From NCBI GenBank assembly GCA_030426085.1, contig JAUHYW010000012.1:84509-148508 (forward strand): a stretch of 64,000 nucleotides of DNA. Reading direction: 5' to 3'. Source of the stretch: a bacterium. GTDB lineage: Bacteria; Myxococcota_A; Bradymonadia; UBA7976; UBA1532. Both the position numbers and the translations under genes were made by a program. Under the pieces are notes generated by a model. It did not search any database. It was given only the letters and a program-made list of their open reading frames with translations, and was not told where the DNA came from. Of this stretch, positions 9,440 through 19,582 are shown piece by piece (within the stretch, counting starts at the first letter, position 1; every line of letters starts with the position of its first letter).

Positions 9440-11644
9440 TCAGGGGCTGGTCGGGTCGGGGCTGGTCGGGTCGGGGGCCTCGAGCTGCGCCGGCGCCTCG
9501 GGCTGGGCCGGGGCCTCGGGCTGCGTCCCCGGCCGCTCCAGCGCCGTCAACTCGTCGGTCAGGGCCCGGCGGCGGGCGTAGAGCGGCTCGAGGGTCTCCT
9601 TCCACAGCGCGATCCCCGCCTCGTGGGTGGTGTGTACTTCGGTGGCGACGCTCACCACGAGCGCCGCCGGGTCGGACGCGCCGGGGTACAGCCCGCCGCG
9701 CCCCGAGAGGCCGCCGGGCACCCGCTCGACGCTGGCCGCGGCGTGACCGAACGCCGACAACAGCGCCCGCCCCCGCACCTGTTCCGCTGCGCGGTGGGCG
9801 GCGCGCAGGCGCTCGATCTCGACGTCGACCGCCGCGATCTGCGCCCGGATGGCCGCCGCCTTCGAGTCGCCCGGCGGCGCAGCCTCGGTCACCCGCGGGC
9901 GGTGGTCGAGCATGATCGGCGCCAGCCCGGCGATGTCCAGCCAGCCGCTCCAGCCGCCGTCGGACCCGTCGAGCATCGCCCGGGGCGTCGGCTCCAGCCC
10001 GGCGACGAAGCCGTCCCCCGTCGGCCCGGCGAGCAGCCGGCGCAGCGTCTCTTCGTCGAGGCTGAGGTAGAGCTGCGACCGGGCGATACCCATCCACAGG
10101 GTCGTCGTCGCGTCGACGGCCATGCGCCACAGCCGGGCGTCCTTCGGGGCCTCGGCCACCGGGACCACCTGCGACTGGGGCGACTTCGACAGCGCGTCGA
10201 TCGCCGCCGCCGCGCCGTCGGCGTCCTTCAGGCCGACGTGCCCCGCCAAGCGCACCCGGGCGATCAGCTCGTCCACCGTGCGCGAGCCGAGCACCCGCTC
10301 GGGGTCGACCTCCACCGCCCAGCCCAGGTCGCCGGCGCACAAGGCGGCCAGCGCGGCGGCGTCCCGCCCGAAGTGCTCCCGGGCGGCGCCGTCGAACAGG
10401 CTCAGGTCGCGGGCGCCGCCCGCCGCCGCGCCCACTGCCCGCAGCAGCTCCCAGGTGGCCGTCAGGTCGACGTTGGCCTCGACCAGCGCCGTCGGCGCCC
10501 GGGGGAACGCGTCGCGCAGCGCCAGCGGCCCGGTGCGGCTGGCGAAGACGCTGCCCACCGGCGACGCCAGATCGAGCTGATGCTCGACCCGCACCTGGAA
10601 GCCCGCCGGCTCGACGTTCAGCCCCACCGCCAGCCCGCCGAAGGGGGTCAGGTACGAGCGCAGCATCACCCCCAGCGCCAGCATGCCCGGGCCCCGTCCG
10701 GCGGCCGCCTCCCGGGCCTTCTCCAGCGCCTGCTCGGCCCGGGCGACCGCCTCGGCGTCCCCCAGGGCCTGCGCCCCGAGCAGCGCGCGCTCGAAGCGGC
10801 GGGTCGGCGCGGTCTCCAGCGCCTCGCGCATCACCCCGTCGATGATGGCCGGCAGGTTGACGAAGCCCGCCACCTCGCGCCCGTAGTTGAGCCGGGCGAT
10901 GGCCGGCGCGGCGTCGGGACGCTCGATCATGCGTTGGGGCGGCGTCTTCGCCAGGGCCCGGGCGTGGTGCAGCGCCTCGCCCGGCTCCAAGCGGTCGCCG
11001 AGCACGAGCCAGCCCTCCTTCTCGGTCATCCCGATCGCGATCCGGGCGTCCCACAGCAGGCTCAACCCGCCCTCGTCGGCGTGGGACAGGTCGATGACCC
11101 CCGCCGCCAGCGCCAGCAGCACCGTGCGCAGGGTCTGCTTGTCGGCCAGGGTCACCGCGATCGCCGCGATCGGGGGGTCGATCGACAGCATCGCGAAGCC
11201 CGCCGGGCCCGTGGGGTCGACCCCCAGCGCGCGCCACGCCGCGGGATCCGCCAGATCGTGCCCCAGGGTCTGCTTCAGCTCGGCCCGGTCGCGGGCCAGC
11301 CGGGGGCCCAGCGCGTCGAGCATCGCCGCCCAGCCGATCCGGCGGGCCAGATCGAGCGGGTTCCCGGTGGCGACGACCCCCGGCGCGTCGGCCGGCAATC
11401 GAGCGGTCAGCGGCAGCGCGTCGAACGCCGGCGGGGTCGGCATGAAGCCAGGGGCCGCGGTCCGCTCCGGCGGCTCGTCCGGCGCGGCCTCGGGGGCCTC
11501 GGCCTCGCCCGGGGCCCCGGGTGCGTCCGTCGTCGGCTCGGCCGGGGCCGGCTTCGGCCCGGCCGCCGGGGGCCCGTCGGCGGGGCGGTCGCCGCACCCC
11601 AGCGTCAGGCTCAGGGCCACGGTGAAGACGAAGACTGCGCGCAT
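9440..11644 (-). CDS. Large hypothetical lipoprotein
   Basis: MRAVFVFTVALSLTLGC lipobox; long ORF with GC3 bias; GGAGG upstream. Confidence 0.75.
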   Translation of the reverse strand: MRAVFVFTVALSLTLGCGDRPADGPPAAGPKPAPAEPTTDAPGAPGEAEAPEAAPDEPPERTAAPGFMPTPPAFDALPLTARLPADAPGVVATGNPLDLARRIGWAAMLDALGPRLARDRAELKQTLGHDLADPAAWRALGVDPTGPAGFAMLSIDPPIAAIAVTLADKQTLRTVLLALAAGVIDLSHADEGGLSLLWDARIAIGMTEKEGWLVLGDRLEPGEALHHARALAKTPPQRMIERPDAAPAIARLNYGREVAGFVNLPAIIDGVMREALETAPTRRFERALLGAQALGDAEAVARAEQALEKAREAAAGRGPGMLALGVMLRSYLTPFGGLAVGLNVEPAGFQVRVEHQLDLASPVGSVFASRTGPLALRDAFPRAPTALVEANVDLTATWELLRAVGAAAGGARDLSLFDGAAREHFGRDAAALAALCAGDLGWAVEVDPERVLGSRTVDELIARVRLAGHVGLKDADGAAAAIDALSKSPQSQVVPVAEAPKDARLWRMAVDATTTLWMGIARSQLYLSLDEETLRRLLAGPTGDGFVAGLEPTPRAMLDGSDGGWSGWLDIAGLAPIMLDHRPRVTEAAPPGDSKAAAIRAQIAAVDVEIERLRAAHRAAEQVRGRALLSAFGHAAASVERVPGGLSGRGGLYPGASDPAALVVSVATEVHTTHEAGIALWKETLEPLYARRRALTDELTALERPGTQPEAPAQPEAPAQLEAPDPTSPDPTSP

Positions 11645-11722
11645 CGGCACCTCCCGCTCGACGGAGGCCGCAGCATACCGCAAGCCGGCTCGGCTCGGGT
11701 CTCCTCGCAGCGGGGGCTCGCG

Positions 11723-13219
11723 TCACCCGGCCCGGTCGGGCCGATCCCGGTCGGCGTCCAGCTCGCGTCGGACCCGGACCAGCGCTCGCCGCAGCGGGCC
11801 CATGCCCGGGAATCGCGCGTCGGGCGCCCGGGCGAGGCAGCGGGCGACGATCGCGTCGACGGCGGGCGGCAGGTCGGGCCGCAGCTCCGACGGGACCGGC
11901 GCGTCCTCGGCGGTCTGGCGCACGACCCGGGTCAGCGGCGCGTCGCCCTCGAACAGCTCGTGTCCGGTCAGCGCGAAGTAGAGGGTCGCCCCGACCCCGT
12001 AGACGTCGGCGGCCTCGCCCCCCGCCTCGCCCCGGGCGCGCTCGGGCGCGAGGTAGCCCGGGGTGCCGGTCAGGCCCTCCGGCCGGCCGCCGGGGGCATC
12101 CATGAAGCGGGCGAGGCCGAAGTCGAGCACCTTGGCGTGCTCATCGGGCGGCGCGCCGCACACGACGATGTTCTCCGGCTTGATGTCCCGGTGCACGACG
12201 TCGGCGTCGTGGGCCGCGGCCAGGCCCGCGCAGCACTGCGCCGCCACCTCGAGCGCGCGCCGGAGCCCGAGCGGCCCTTCGCGGCGCACGATGGTCCCCA
12301 GGTCGTGCCCGTCGAGCAGCTCCATCGCATAGTACGGCCGGCCCTCGTCGGTGCGGCCGACGTCGTAGACCTGCACGACGTGCGGGCTGCGCACCCGCAG
12401 CATGGCCCGGATCTCGTCTTCGAAGGTGTCCAGGGCGTCCCCGTCGCCGCCCGGGGCAGTGAGGATCTTGACCGCGCACGCCCGCCCCAGGTGGCGGTCC
12501 CACGCCCGGTAGACGATGCCGAAGCCGCCCCGCCCCAGCTCGCCGCCCAGCCGGTAGCGATCCTGACTGCGGGCGCGGATCGCGTCACTGAAGAGCTGCT
12601 CCATGCGCCGCGCGCCGTAGATCGCCAGCGCCAGGTTGGCCAGCAGGATGACCAGGGTGCTGGACAGCATCGCCGGCTCGAGCGGCGCGGGGGAGGCGCC
12701 CGCGTAGCACACCGCCGCCGCGGCCCACGCCGAGAGCGAGCCGATCAGCGCCTGCCACCAGCGGCTGCGCACCATCAGGCAGCGGGCGAACACCAGCGTC
12801 GAGACCCCGCCCAGGTAGAGCGCGGCTTCATAGAGCGGCGCGAGGGCGGCGAACGCGCCCAGCATGGCCCCGCCGGCGAGGTGGCTCGCCGCGTCGATGG
12901 CCAGCAGCCGCCGTGAAGCCGGCCGCCGGGCGGGCTCGGCGAGCAGCGACAGGGCCCCCAGAAAGCCCCCGTAGAACAGGCGGATCAGGAGCAGGGCCCA
13001 CAAGGCCCGCCCGCTGGGCCGCTGCAGCTCGGCCAGGATCTCGATCGCGCCGAAGAGCACGAAGACGACCGCCGCGACCCGCAGGAACCGGCACAGCGTC
13101 TCGGCGTAGCCCAGCTTCGACGCGCTGCGGATGCGGCGGGAGATGTCGTCCGACAGGCGGGCGTCGGGCCGCCCGTCGGCGAGGTCGTCCGGTGCGGCCA
13201 CGGGTTCTGGAGGGTGCAT
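11723..13219 (-). CDS. Membrane-anchored Ser/Thr (Hanks-type) protein kinase
   Basis: Several N-terminal TM segments; GRGGFG, AVK, HRDIKPEN, DFG, APE motifs. Confidence 0.92.
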   Translation of the reverse strand: MHPPEPVAAPDDLADGRPDARLSDDISRRIRSASKLGYAETLCRFLRVAAVVFVLFGAIEILAELQRPSGRALWALLLIRLFYGGFLGALSLLAEPARRPASRRLLAIDAASHLAGGAMLGAFAALAPLYEAALYLGGVSTLVFARCLMVRSRWWQALIGSLSAWAAAAVCYAGASPAPLEPAMLSSTLVILLANLALAIYGARRMEQLFSDAIRARSQDRYRLGGELGRGGFGIVYRAWDRHLGRACAVKILTAPGGDGDALDTFEDEIRAMLRVRSPHVVQVYDVGRTDEGRPYYAMELLDGHDLGTIVRREGPLGLRRALEVAAQCCAGLAAAHDADVVHRDIKPENIVVCGAPPDEHAKVLDFGLARFMDAPGGRPEGLTGTPGYLAPERARGEAGGEAADVYGVGATLYFALTGHELFEGDAPLTRVVRQTAEDAPVPSELRPDLPPAVDAIVARCLARAPDARFPGMGPLRRALVRVRRELDADRDRPDRAG

Positions 13220-13252
13220 CGCCCCCGATCTTCCGCCGAACCGGCCCCGGGC

Positions 13253-15364
13253 TCAAGCTTCGCTCAGCAGGTGGTCCACCAGCCCGCTCAGATCCCGGTG
13301 CTGATGCAGCAGGTCCGCCGGCAGCGCCCGGCCCAGCTTCTCCTCGAGCGCGTCGACGAGCTGCACCGCCACCAGCGAGTCCACCCCCAGCGAGGCGAAC
13401 GGCGCGCCCCCGCGGAGCTGCGCGGCCAGCGGGCCCGGCGCCCGGCCCAGCTCGCGGGCCAGGGTCGCGACCATCCACGCCTCGAGCCGGGTCGCCGCCG
13501 GATCCCGACGGCCCGGGGCTGCGGCCGGCGCCGTCGGCGCGTCCGCGAGCAGATCCCGGGCGAGCACCGTCATCGAGCCGCCGGCGAAGCCCGCGGTGAA
13601 CGCCGCCCGGCAGGCGAAGCGCATCACCTTGCCGCTCGAGGTCTTGGGCAGGCTGCCCTTGGCCAGCAGCACCACCCCGTACACCTCGACCCCGTGGGCC
13701 TCGGTGACCGCCGCCCGCATGAGCGCCGCCGCCCGCCGCGGGTCGTGGTCCGGCGCCCGCCGGGGGTCGACCTCCTGGCAGACCACCAGCCGCTCGCGCC
13801 CGTCGACCTCGACCGGGAACGCCGCCGCGCAGCCGGGCCGCAGCTCGGGCAGCCGGGCCCGCAGGCCGTCGAGGGTGTGCTCGACATCGTGGGGGTAGAG
13901 GTTGCGCCCCCGGACGATGATCACGTCCTTCATGCGCCCGGTGACATACAGCTCGCCATCGTGCACGAAGCCCAGGTCGCCGGTGCGCAGGAACGGCCCC
14001 TCGCCCTCGGCCCCGACGACGCGGCCCCCGAACGTGCGCCCGGTCTCCTCCGGCCGCTGCCAGTAGCCCGCCGCGATGTGGGGCCCCGCCAGCCAGATCT
14101 CGCCCACCGCGCCCGGCGCGGCCCGGCGGCCGGTCTGCGGATCGACGACCTCGATCACCCCCTCGGCCCAGGCCACCCCGCAGCTCACCAGATCGACCCC
14201 CTCGGCCGCCTCGTCCACCGGCTGCACCCGGTGCTGCTCGAGCGCCGCCGCGTCGACCCGCAGCCCGCCGCCCCGCCGCTCGGCGCGGGCGCACGAGACG
14301 AACAGCCCCACCTCGGCCATGCCATACGACGGGGTCACCACCCCCGGGCGCAGGCCGGCCGGGGCGAAGTACGCCTCGAAGCGCCGCACGGTGGCCCGCC
14401 GCACCGGCTCGGCCCCGTTGACCATGACCGTCAGGCGGCTCAGGTCGAGCGCGTCGCGCACCGCGGCCGGCGTCTTGCGCACCGCGAGGTCGTAGGCGAA
14501 GTTCGGCGCGGCGGTGATGGTGCCCCCGACCCGGCTCACCAGCGCCAGCCAGCGGGACGGCGCCCGCAGGAAGACCCCCGGCGGCATCAGCCAGCTCTCG
14601 GCGCCCAGCCCCAGCGGGTTGAGCAGCTTACCCACCAGACCCATGTCGTGATACAGCGGCAGCCAGCTCACGAAGACCGAGTCACTCGACAAGCCATACG
14701 CCGCCCGGGACATGGCCAGGTTGGCCCAGATACCACCGTGGGTGACCATGACCCCCCGGGGCCGGCCGGTGGAGCCCGAGGTGTATTGCAGGAAGGCCAC
14801 CGTGTCGGCCGTGAGCGATGGCATCTGCCAGTCATCGGGGTCCGCGTCGCCGGTCTGATCGGGCGTCAGCCAGGTCAGCTCGGCGAGCGCGCCGGCCTTC
14901 GACTTCGCCAGGATGCCTTCGGCGAAGCCCCGGATGAGCGGCGAGGTCAGCACCACCGACGGATCGGCGTCGGCGACGATGCCTTCCAGGCGGGCCAGGG
15001 TGTGGGCCATGCGATGCGGCTCGGGGGGGTAGGCCGGCACCGGCACCACCCCCGCGAAGAGGCAGCCGACGAACGCGACGACGAAGTCCAGCCCCGGCTC
15101 GAAGACGAGCAGCGCCCGCTCGCCAGCGAGGCCGTCGGCCTGAAGCCGGGCGGCGAGGGCCCGCACCGCCCGGTCGAACCCGCCGTAGGTCAGCGCGGCG
15201 GTCTCGTCCTGCCCGTCGGCGAGGAAGGTCAGCGCCCGCCGCTCGGGCTGCGTCTCGGCGAAGTGGCGGATCGCTTCGACGAGGTCGCCCGGCGGGGCCG
15301 ACGTCGCGGTGAACGGCAGGGTGGAGGCGGACGGACGGACGGCGTCGTGGTGGATCTGGAACAT
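13253..15364 (-). CDS. Fatty acyl-AMP ligase fused to an acyl carrier protein (FAAL-ACP)
   Basis: FLQYTSGSTG, SWLPLYHDMGL, YGMAE, RTGDLG, PKTSSGK; C-terminal ACP with LGVDSL phosphopantetheine site. Confidence 0.92.
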   Translation of the reverse strand: MFQIHHDAVRPSASTLPFTATSAPPGDLVEAIRHFAETQPERRALTFLADGQDETAALTYGGFDRAVRALAARLQADGLAGERALLVFEPGLDFVVAFVGCLFAGVVPVPAYPPEPHRMAHTLARLEGIVADADPSVVLTSPLIRGFAEGILAKSKAGALAELTWLTPDQTGDADPDDWQMPSLTADTVAFLQYTSGSTGRPRGVMVTHGGIWANLAMSRAAYGLSSDSVFVSWLPLYHDMGLVGKLLNPLGLGAESWLMPPGVFLRAPSRWLALVSRVGGTITAAPNFAYDLAVRKTPAAVRDALDLSRLTVMVNGAEPVRRATVRRFEAYFAPAGLRPGVVTPSYGMAEVGLFVSCARAERRGGGLRVDAAALEQHRVQPVDEAAEGVDLVSCGVAWAEGVIEVVDPQTGRRAAPGAVGEIWLAGPHIAAGYWQRPEETGRTFGGRVVGAEGEGPFLRTGDLGFVHDGELYVTGRMKDVIIVRGRNLYPHDVEHTLDGLRARLPELRPGCAAAFPVEVDGRERLVVCQEVDPRRAPDHDPRRAAALMRAAVTEAHGVEVYGVVLLAKGSLPKTSSGKVMRFACRAAFTAGFAGGSMTVLARDLLADAPTAPAAAPGRRDPAATRLEAWMVATLARELGRAPGPLAAQLRGGAPFASLGVDSLVAVQLVDALEEKLGRALPADLLHQHRDLSGLVDHLLSEA

Positions 15365-15428
15365 GGGATGACTCCCGATGGGATGGATGTGAAGTCGAAA
15401 GAGCGCGGCGCGGCGGTGACCGTCGGGC

Positions 15429-17861
15429 TCAGCGGTGGCCGTCGACGGCCATCGCCTCGATGACCATGTGATTGAAGAGATCTTCGGTCTGCACGAAGGC
15501 GCAGGTGGCGTGGGGCCGGGCGCCGACCTTCTTCTTCTCGAGCTCGGCGGTGTAGGCGAGGTCGAGGCGGTCGCAGTCGAGCTGCCGGGCGCGCATCACC
15601 GTGCGATACAGCGCCTGCTTGTAGGTGTTGTGGCTGCGCTGCACCGCGCCGTCGAGGCCCACGATCAGGGCCCCGTACAGCCCGCCGCCCACGTAGCTGA
15701 ACATCACCGCCGCCGGCTCCGGCCGGCCGTCGAGGGACAGCCGCATCACCTCGTAGTCCGGGTGGCGGCACATCGCGGCGAAGAACCGGCGGGGCAGGGG
15801 GAAGACGTTGAGGTCGAAGCTGCGGGCGTGCACCTCGCGGTACAGCGCGTAGCAGGCGTCGATGTCGGCCTCGGTCTCGGGCGCGTCGAAGGTCACCCCG
15901 AAGGCGTCGGCGTAGGGCAGGATCTCCTTGCGCACGTTGTACCGGTAGCGGCTGCCGAGGGTCTTCATCCAGCCGTCGTGATCAGCCCAGGTCAGGTCGC
16001 GCACCTGCATGCTGTCGCCGAGGCCGAGCTGCACGAAGCCCTGGTCGAGCAGGTGCTGGCGCAGCGCCTCGTCGGCGTCGACCTCGAACTCCCGCAGCAT
16101 GATCTGGTTGGCCGCGCTCGCCGCGCGCACCTCGCCCATGACCCCCAGCAGCGCGTCGAGGGCCGCCTTCCACTCGGGGTGGTCCCGGTCGAGGAACAGG
16201 TGCTCGCCCTTGGTGATCAGGCCGCCGAGCATCACCGCCTTCGAGGTCAGGTCGTAGGGGTCGTCGGCCCGCATCGCCTCGATCTGCTGCGAGATACGGC
16301 CCGGCGCGGTCATGTCGTCCTTGACCAGCGCCACGGTGAACATCGTCGCCAGCACCAGCGCGCCCTCGGCGTCGCGCACCCGCAGGTAGTGGAAGTCCCA
16401 GAGGTTCTCCGGCGCGTCGTCGACCGAGAACACCTGCTCGAGCATCGCGAGGCTGGCGTGGGACAGGTTGCCCCGGCCGGCGAAGATGGGATCCCACTCG
16501 GCGGCGGGGATGGCGTCGATGGCGCGATCGTGGGTGACGCTCAGCCTCGCGGCCGGCGCGGCCGACGTCGCCCCGACGTCGGGCCGCAGGCCGGCGGTGT
16601 CCTCGTCCAGCTCGAACGCCCGCAGCACCTCGCGCAGCGAGCTGCCCTCCTCGGCCAGCGCCCGGGGGTAGTGATAGGCCACCCGCTCGAGCAGCGCGTC
16701 GACGTCGGCGATCGTCAGGTTGCGGTTGAGCATGAACCGCAGCCCGCCCTGGCGCATCGGGGTGGCGGGGAAGGTCGCCATGTTCACGTAGAACCCGTCG
16801 TCGAGCAGCCGCCGCACGAGGTTGCCCACCACCCGGGGCAGCCCGGTGGGGATGAAGAACAGCGGGCTGCGGGTGACCCGGTACTGGGGCAGGCCCAGCG
16901 CGGCGATGCGCCGGTTGCAGTGGTCGACGAGGTGCATCAGCTCGGCCTGCATCGCCGGCATCTCGTCGCTGAGGTGCAGCCGGGCCGCCGCCAGCGCCGC
17001 GCCCAGCATCGGCGGCTGGATGGGCCCCGAGAAGATCATCGTGCCCCCGGTGTTGCGCACCCGGTCGGCCATGCGCTGGTTCGGGAAGACGACGCAGCCC
17101 CCGGCGGCGGCGAACGCCTTGTTCAGCGAGACGGCGAGCACCAGCTTCTCGTGATGCTCGACCGCGCCCCGCACCGCGCCGCAGCCGTGGGGCCCGGCCC
17201 AGCTCATGCCGTGGGCGTCGTCGACGTAGCAGTGCAGCGCGGGGTAGCGATCCATCAGCTCGACGAGGCGGTCCATCGGCGCGACGTCGCCGAACATCGA
17301 GTAGACCCCGTCGGCCATGTACCAGATGCGGGGGTGGCGGTTCTGCAGGCGGCGGATCTTGCGCTCGAGCTGATCCATGTCGTTGTGCCGGACGACGTGC
17401 AGCGGCACCCCCCGGGCTTTGACGAGCTGAGCGGCGGTCTGCACGCTGTGGTGCACCTGCAAGTCGAGGATGACCGCGTCGTCGTCCCCCACCACGCCGG
17501 GGATGGCCGACATGTGGCCCAGGGTGGTCGAGGCGCTGATGAGCAATGGTCGCTCGAAGATCTGCCCCAGCAGGCGCTCCAGCTCGGCGTAGAGCCCCAG
17601 CGAGCAGAACGCCCGCGACGACGAGAACTGGGTCCCGTAGCGCATCGCCGCCTCGGCCGCGCCCCGGGCGAGGGCGGGGTGGGTCTCGAAGCCCATGTAG
17701 CTGCACGACCCGAAGTTGATCATCGACCGGCCCTCGAGGCCGATCGATCTGCCGTCGAGCGGGGTGTCGTCGGTGTAGTGCAGGGCCAGATCGCGGCGGA
17801 TGAAGTCCTGGGCCATCTGGTCGAGGATGTCGGCGGTGGAGTCGCGGGCTTCGCGGGACAT
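15429..17861 (-). CDS. PLP alpha-oxoamine synthase (BioF/SPT/KBL family) fused to a C-terminal GNAT/FemAB-like domain
   Basis: NFGSCSYMG, HHS, HNDM, DGVYSMFGD, DDAH, SLNK (PLP Lys); C-terminal ~380 aa with W..HDGWMKTLGSRYRYNVRKE and AELEKKKVGA typical of the Acetyltransf_6/FemAB-like GNAT. Confidence 0.85.
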   Translation of the reverse strand: MSREARDSTADILDQMAQDFIRRDLALHYTDDTPLDGRSIGLEGRSMINFGSCSYMGFETHPALARGAAEAAMRYGTQFSSSRAFCSLGLYAELERLLGQIFERPLLISASTTLGHMSAIPGVVGDDDAVILDLQVHHSVQTAAQLVKARGVPLHVVRHNDMDQLERKIRRLQNRHPRIWYMADGVYSMFGDVAPMDRLVELMDRYPALHCYVDDAHGMSWAGPHGCGAVRGAVEHHEKLVLAVSLNKAFAAAGGCVVFPNQRMADRVRNTGGTMIFSGPIQPPMLGAALAAARLHLSDEMPAMQAELMHLVDHCNRRIAALGLPQYRVTRSPLFFIPTGLPRVVGNLVRRLLDDGFYVNMATFPATPMRQGGLRFMLNRNLTIADVDALLERVAYHYPRALAEEGSSLREVLRAFELDEDTAGLRPDVGATSAAPAARLSVTHDRAIDAIPAAEWDPIFAGRGNLSHASLAMLEQVFSVDDAPENLWDFHYLRVRDAEGALVLATMFTVALVKDDMTAPGRISQQIEAMRADDPYDLTSKAVMLGGLITKGEHLFLDRDHPEWKAALDALLGVMGEVRAASAANQIMLREFEVDADEALRQHLLDQGFVQLGLGDSMQVRDLTWADHDGWMKTLGSRYRYNVRKEILPYADAFGVTFDAPETEADIDACYALYREVHARSFDLNVFPLPRRFFAAMCRHPDYEVMRLSLDGRPEPAAVMFSYVGGGLYGALIVGLDGAVQRSHNTYKQALYRTVMRARQLDCDRLDLAYTAELEKKKVGARPHATCAFVQTEDLFNHMVIEAMAVDGHR

Positions 17862-18097
17862 GGGCACCTCGGGTGGAGAAAGCGTTTTCGTCGAGAGTAT
17901 TTGCCCGGCTCCGGCGCGAACCGGTCCGAGCGGCAACCCGTGAGGCGCGATTTCGGGCAGGACTCCGCAATGAACCGGAGCCCCGACCCCCGCGGCGGCC
18001 CCCCAGGGCTACCCGACACCCGCCCGTATGTGGGATGCGGGGCGGGCCGGGACGTGATACGCCAGACCCATCACGATCTCCGCGGCGGGGGAGCGAC

Positions 18098-19567
18098 ATG
18101 GGCGAGCACGAGCCGGCCGGCGTCCGATACGAGGCCGTCGACCAGGACTACTTCGACAAGCGCGGCCTGCGGCGCTACGCCGGGGTGTGGTCCCTGTGGG
18201 CCCTGGGGGTCGGCGCGGTCATCTCGGGCGACTTCTTCGGCTGGAACTTCGGCCTCGCCGTCGGCGGCTTCGGGGGGCTGCTCGTCGCCACGGTGATCAT
18301 CACCGTGATGTACGCCGGCCTGTGCGCCTGCATCGCCGAGATGAGCCCCGCGCTGCCCCACACCGGCGGGGCCTATTCGTTCGGGCGCTCGACCATGGGC
18401 CCGTGGGGCGGCTTCGTCACCGGGCTCGGCGAGAACATGGAGTACGTCATCACCCCGGCGGTCATCGTCGTGGGCATCGGGGGCTACCTCGGCGCCGTCT
18501 TCGAGACCCCCGACGCCTTCGCCCCGGTGTGGTGGTTCGTGGCCTACGTGCTCTTCGTCGGCCTGAACATCGTCGGCGTCGAGATGACCTTCCGCTTCAC
18601 CGTCTTCATCACCTTCGTGGCCCTCGCCATCCTGGCGGTGTTCTTCGTGGGCGCCATCCCCCTGTTCGAGTGGGAGCATGCGTTGAACGTGCCCCCCGAC
18701 CCCGGCCAGAGTCAGTGGCTGCCCAAGGGGTGGCTCGGGGTGGCCCATGCCTTGCCGTTCGCCATCTGGTTCTTCCTGGCCATCGAGGAGCTGCCGCTCG
18801 CCGCCGAGGAGGCCCACGACCCCAAGCGGGACATGCCCCGGGGCATCCTGCTGGGCCTGCTGACGCTCATCATCACCGCGTTCGCCACGCTCTTCCTCAA
18901 CGCCGGCATCGCCCCCGGCGCGGCGGCGGTCGGCGCGAGCGAGGAGCCCTTGTTCCTGGCGTTCGGCACCATCTTCGGCGAAGGCCTCGGCAGCAAGGCG
19001 CTGGCATTGTTCGCGGTCGCCGGTCTCATCGCCAGCTTCCATGGCATCATCTATGCCTATGGGCGCAACATCTACTCGCTGTCCCGGGCGGGCTACTTCC
19101 CCCGCTGGCTCTCGGTGACCCACGCGACCCGCAAGACGCCGCACGTCGCCCTCATCGGCGGCGCGGCGCTGGGCTACGCCGCTGCGCTGGTCATCCACTA
19201 CGCCGGCGGCGGCAGCTCGGTGGGCGCGGTGCTCATCAACATGGCGGTGTTCGGGGCCATGATCTCGTATGTCATGCAATGCGTCGCGTTCGTGATCCTG
19301 CGCCGCAAGCACCCCCACATCGAGCGCCCGTTCAAGAGCCCCCTGGGCGTGGCCGGCGCGGTCGTGGCCCTGATCATCGCGCTGGGCACGCTGGCGTTCC
19401 TCTTCCTCAACGACGACTACCGCCCGGGTGTCATCGGCGCCGCGATCTGGTACGCCGCGGGGCTCTTGTGGTTCGGGCTCTACGCCCGCAAGCGCATGGT
19501 GCTCGCCCCCGAAGAGCAGTTCGCCATCGACGCGATGCGATCGGCCGGGCCGCAGAAGGAAGGGTAG
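18098..19567 (+). CDS. APC-family amino acid/amine permease, ethanolamine permease-like
   Basis: About 12 TM segments; GVGAVISGDFFGWN, WFFLAIE, AEE..DPKRD.PRG, RPFKSPLG. Confidence 0.88.
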   Translation: MGEHEPAGVRYEAVDQDYFDKRGLRRYAGVWSLWALGVGAVISGDFFGWNFGLAVGGFGGLLVATVIITVMYAGLCACIAEMSPALPHTGGAYSFGRSTMGPWGGFVTGLGENMEYVITPAVIVVGIGGYLGAVFETPDAFAPVWWFVAYVLFVGLNIVGVEMTFRFTVFITFVALAILAVFFVGAIPLFEWEHALNVPPDPGQSQWLPKGWLGVAHALPFAIWFFLAIEELPLAAEEAHDPKRDMPRGILLGLLTLIITAFATLFLNAGIAPGAAAVGASEEPLFLAFGTIFGEGLGSKALALFAVAGLIASFHGIIYAYGRNIYSLSRAGYFPRWLSVTHATRKTPHVALIGGAALGYAAALVIHYAGGGSSVGAVLINMAVFGAMISYVMQCVAFVILRRKHPHIERPFKSPLGVAGAVVALIIALGTLAFLFLNDDYRPGVIGAAIWYAAGLLWFGLYARKRMVLAPEEQFAIDAMRSAGPQKEG

Positions 19568-19582
19568 GCGCCCGGCTCGGTG

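Noticed and set aside
8364-11726. 1120-aa ORF as one giant DsbA fusion
   Set aside because: The upstream part is an Arg/Gly/Pro-rich off-frame reading of the 9440..11644 gene; the real DsbA starts at 9410.
15429-17861. Calling the AOS gene bioF (biotin synthesis)
   Set aside because: No bioA/B/C/D nearby; the GNAT fusion and the FAAL-ACP neighbour argue for another pathway.
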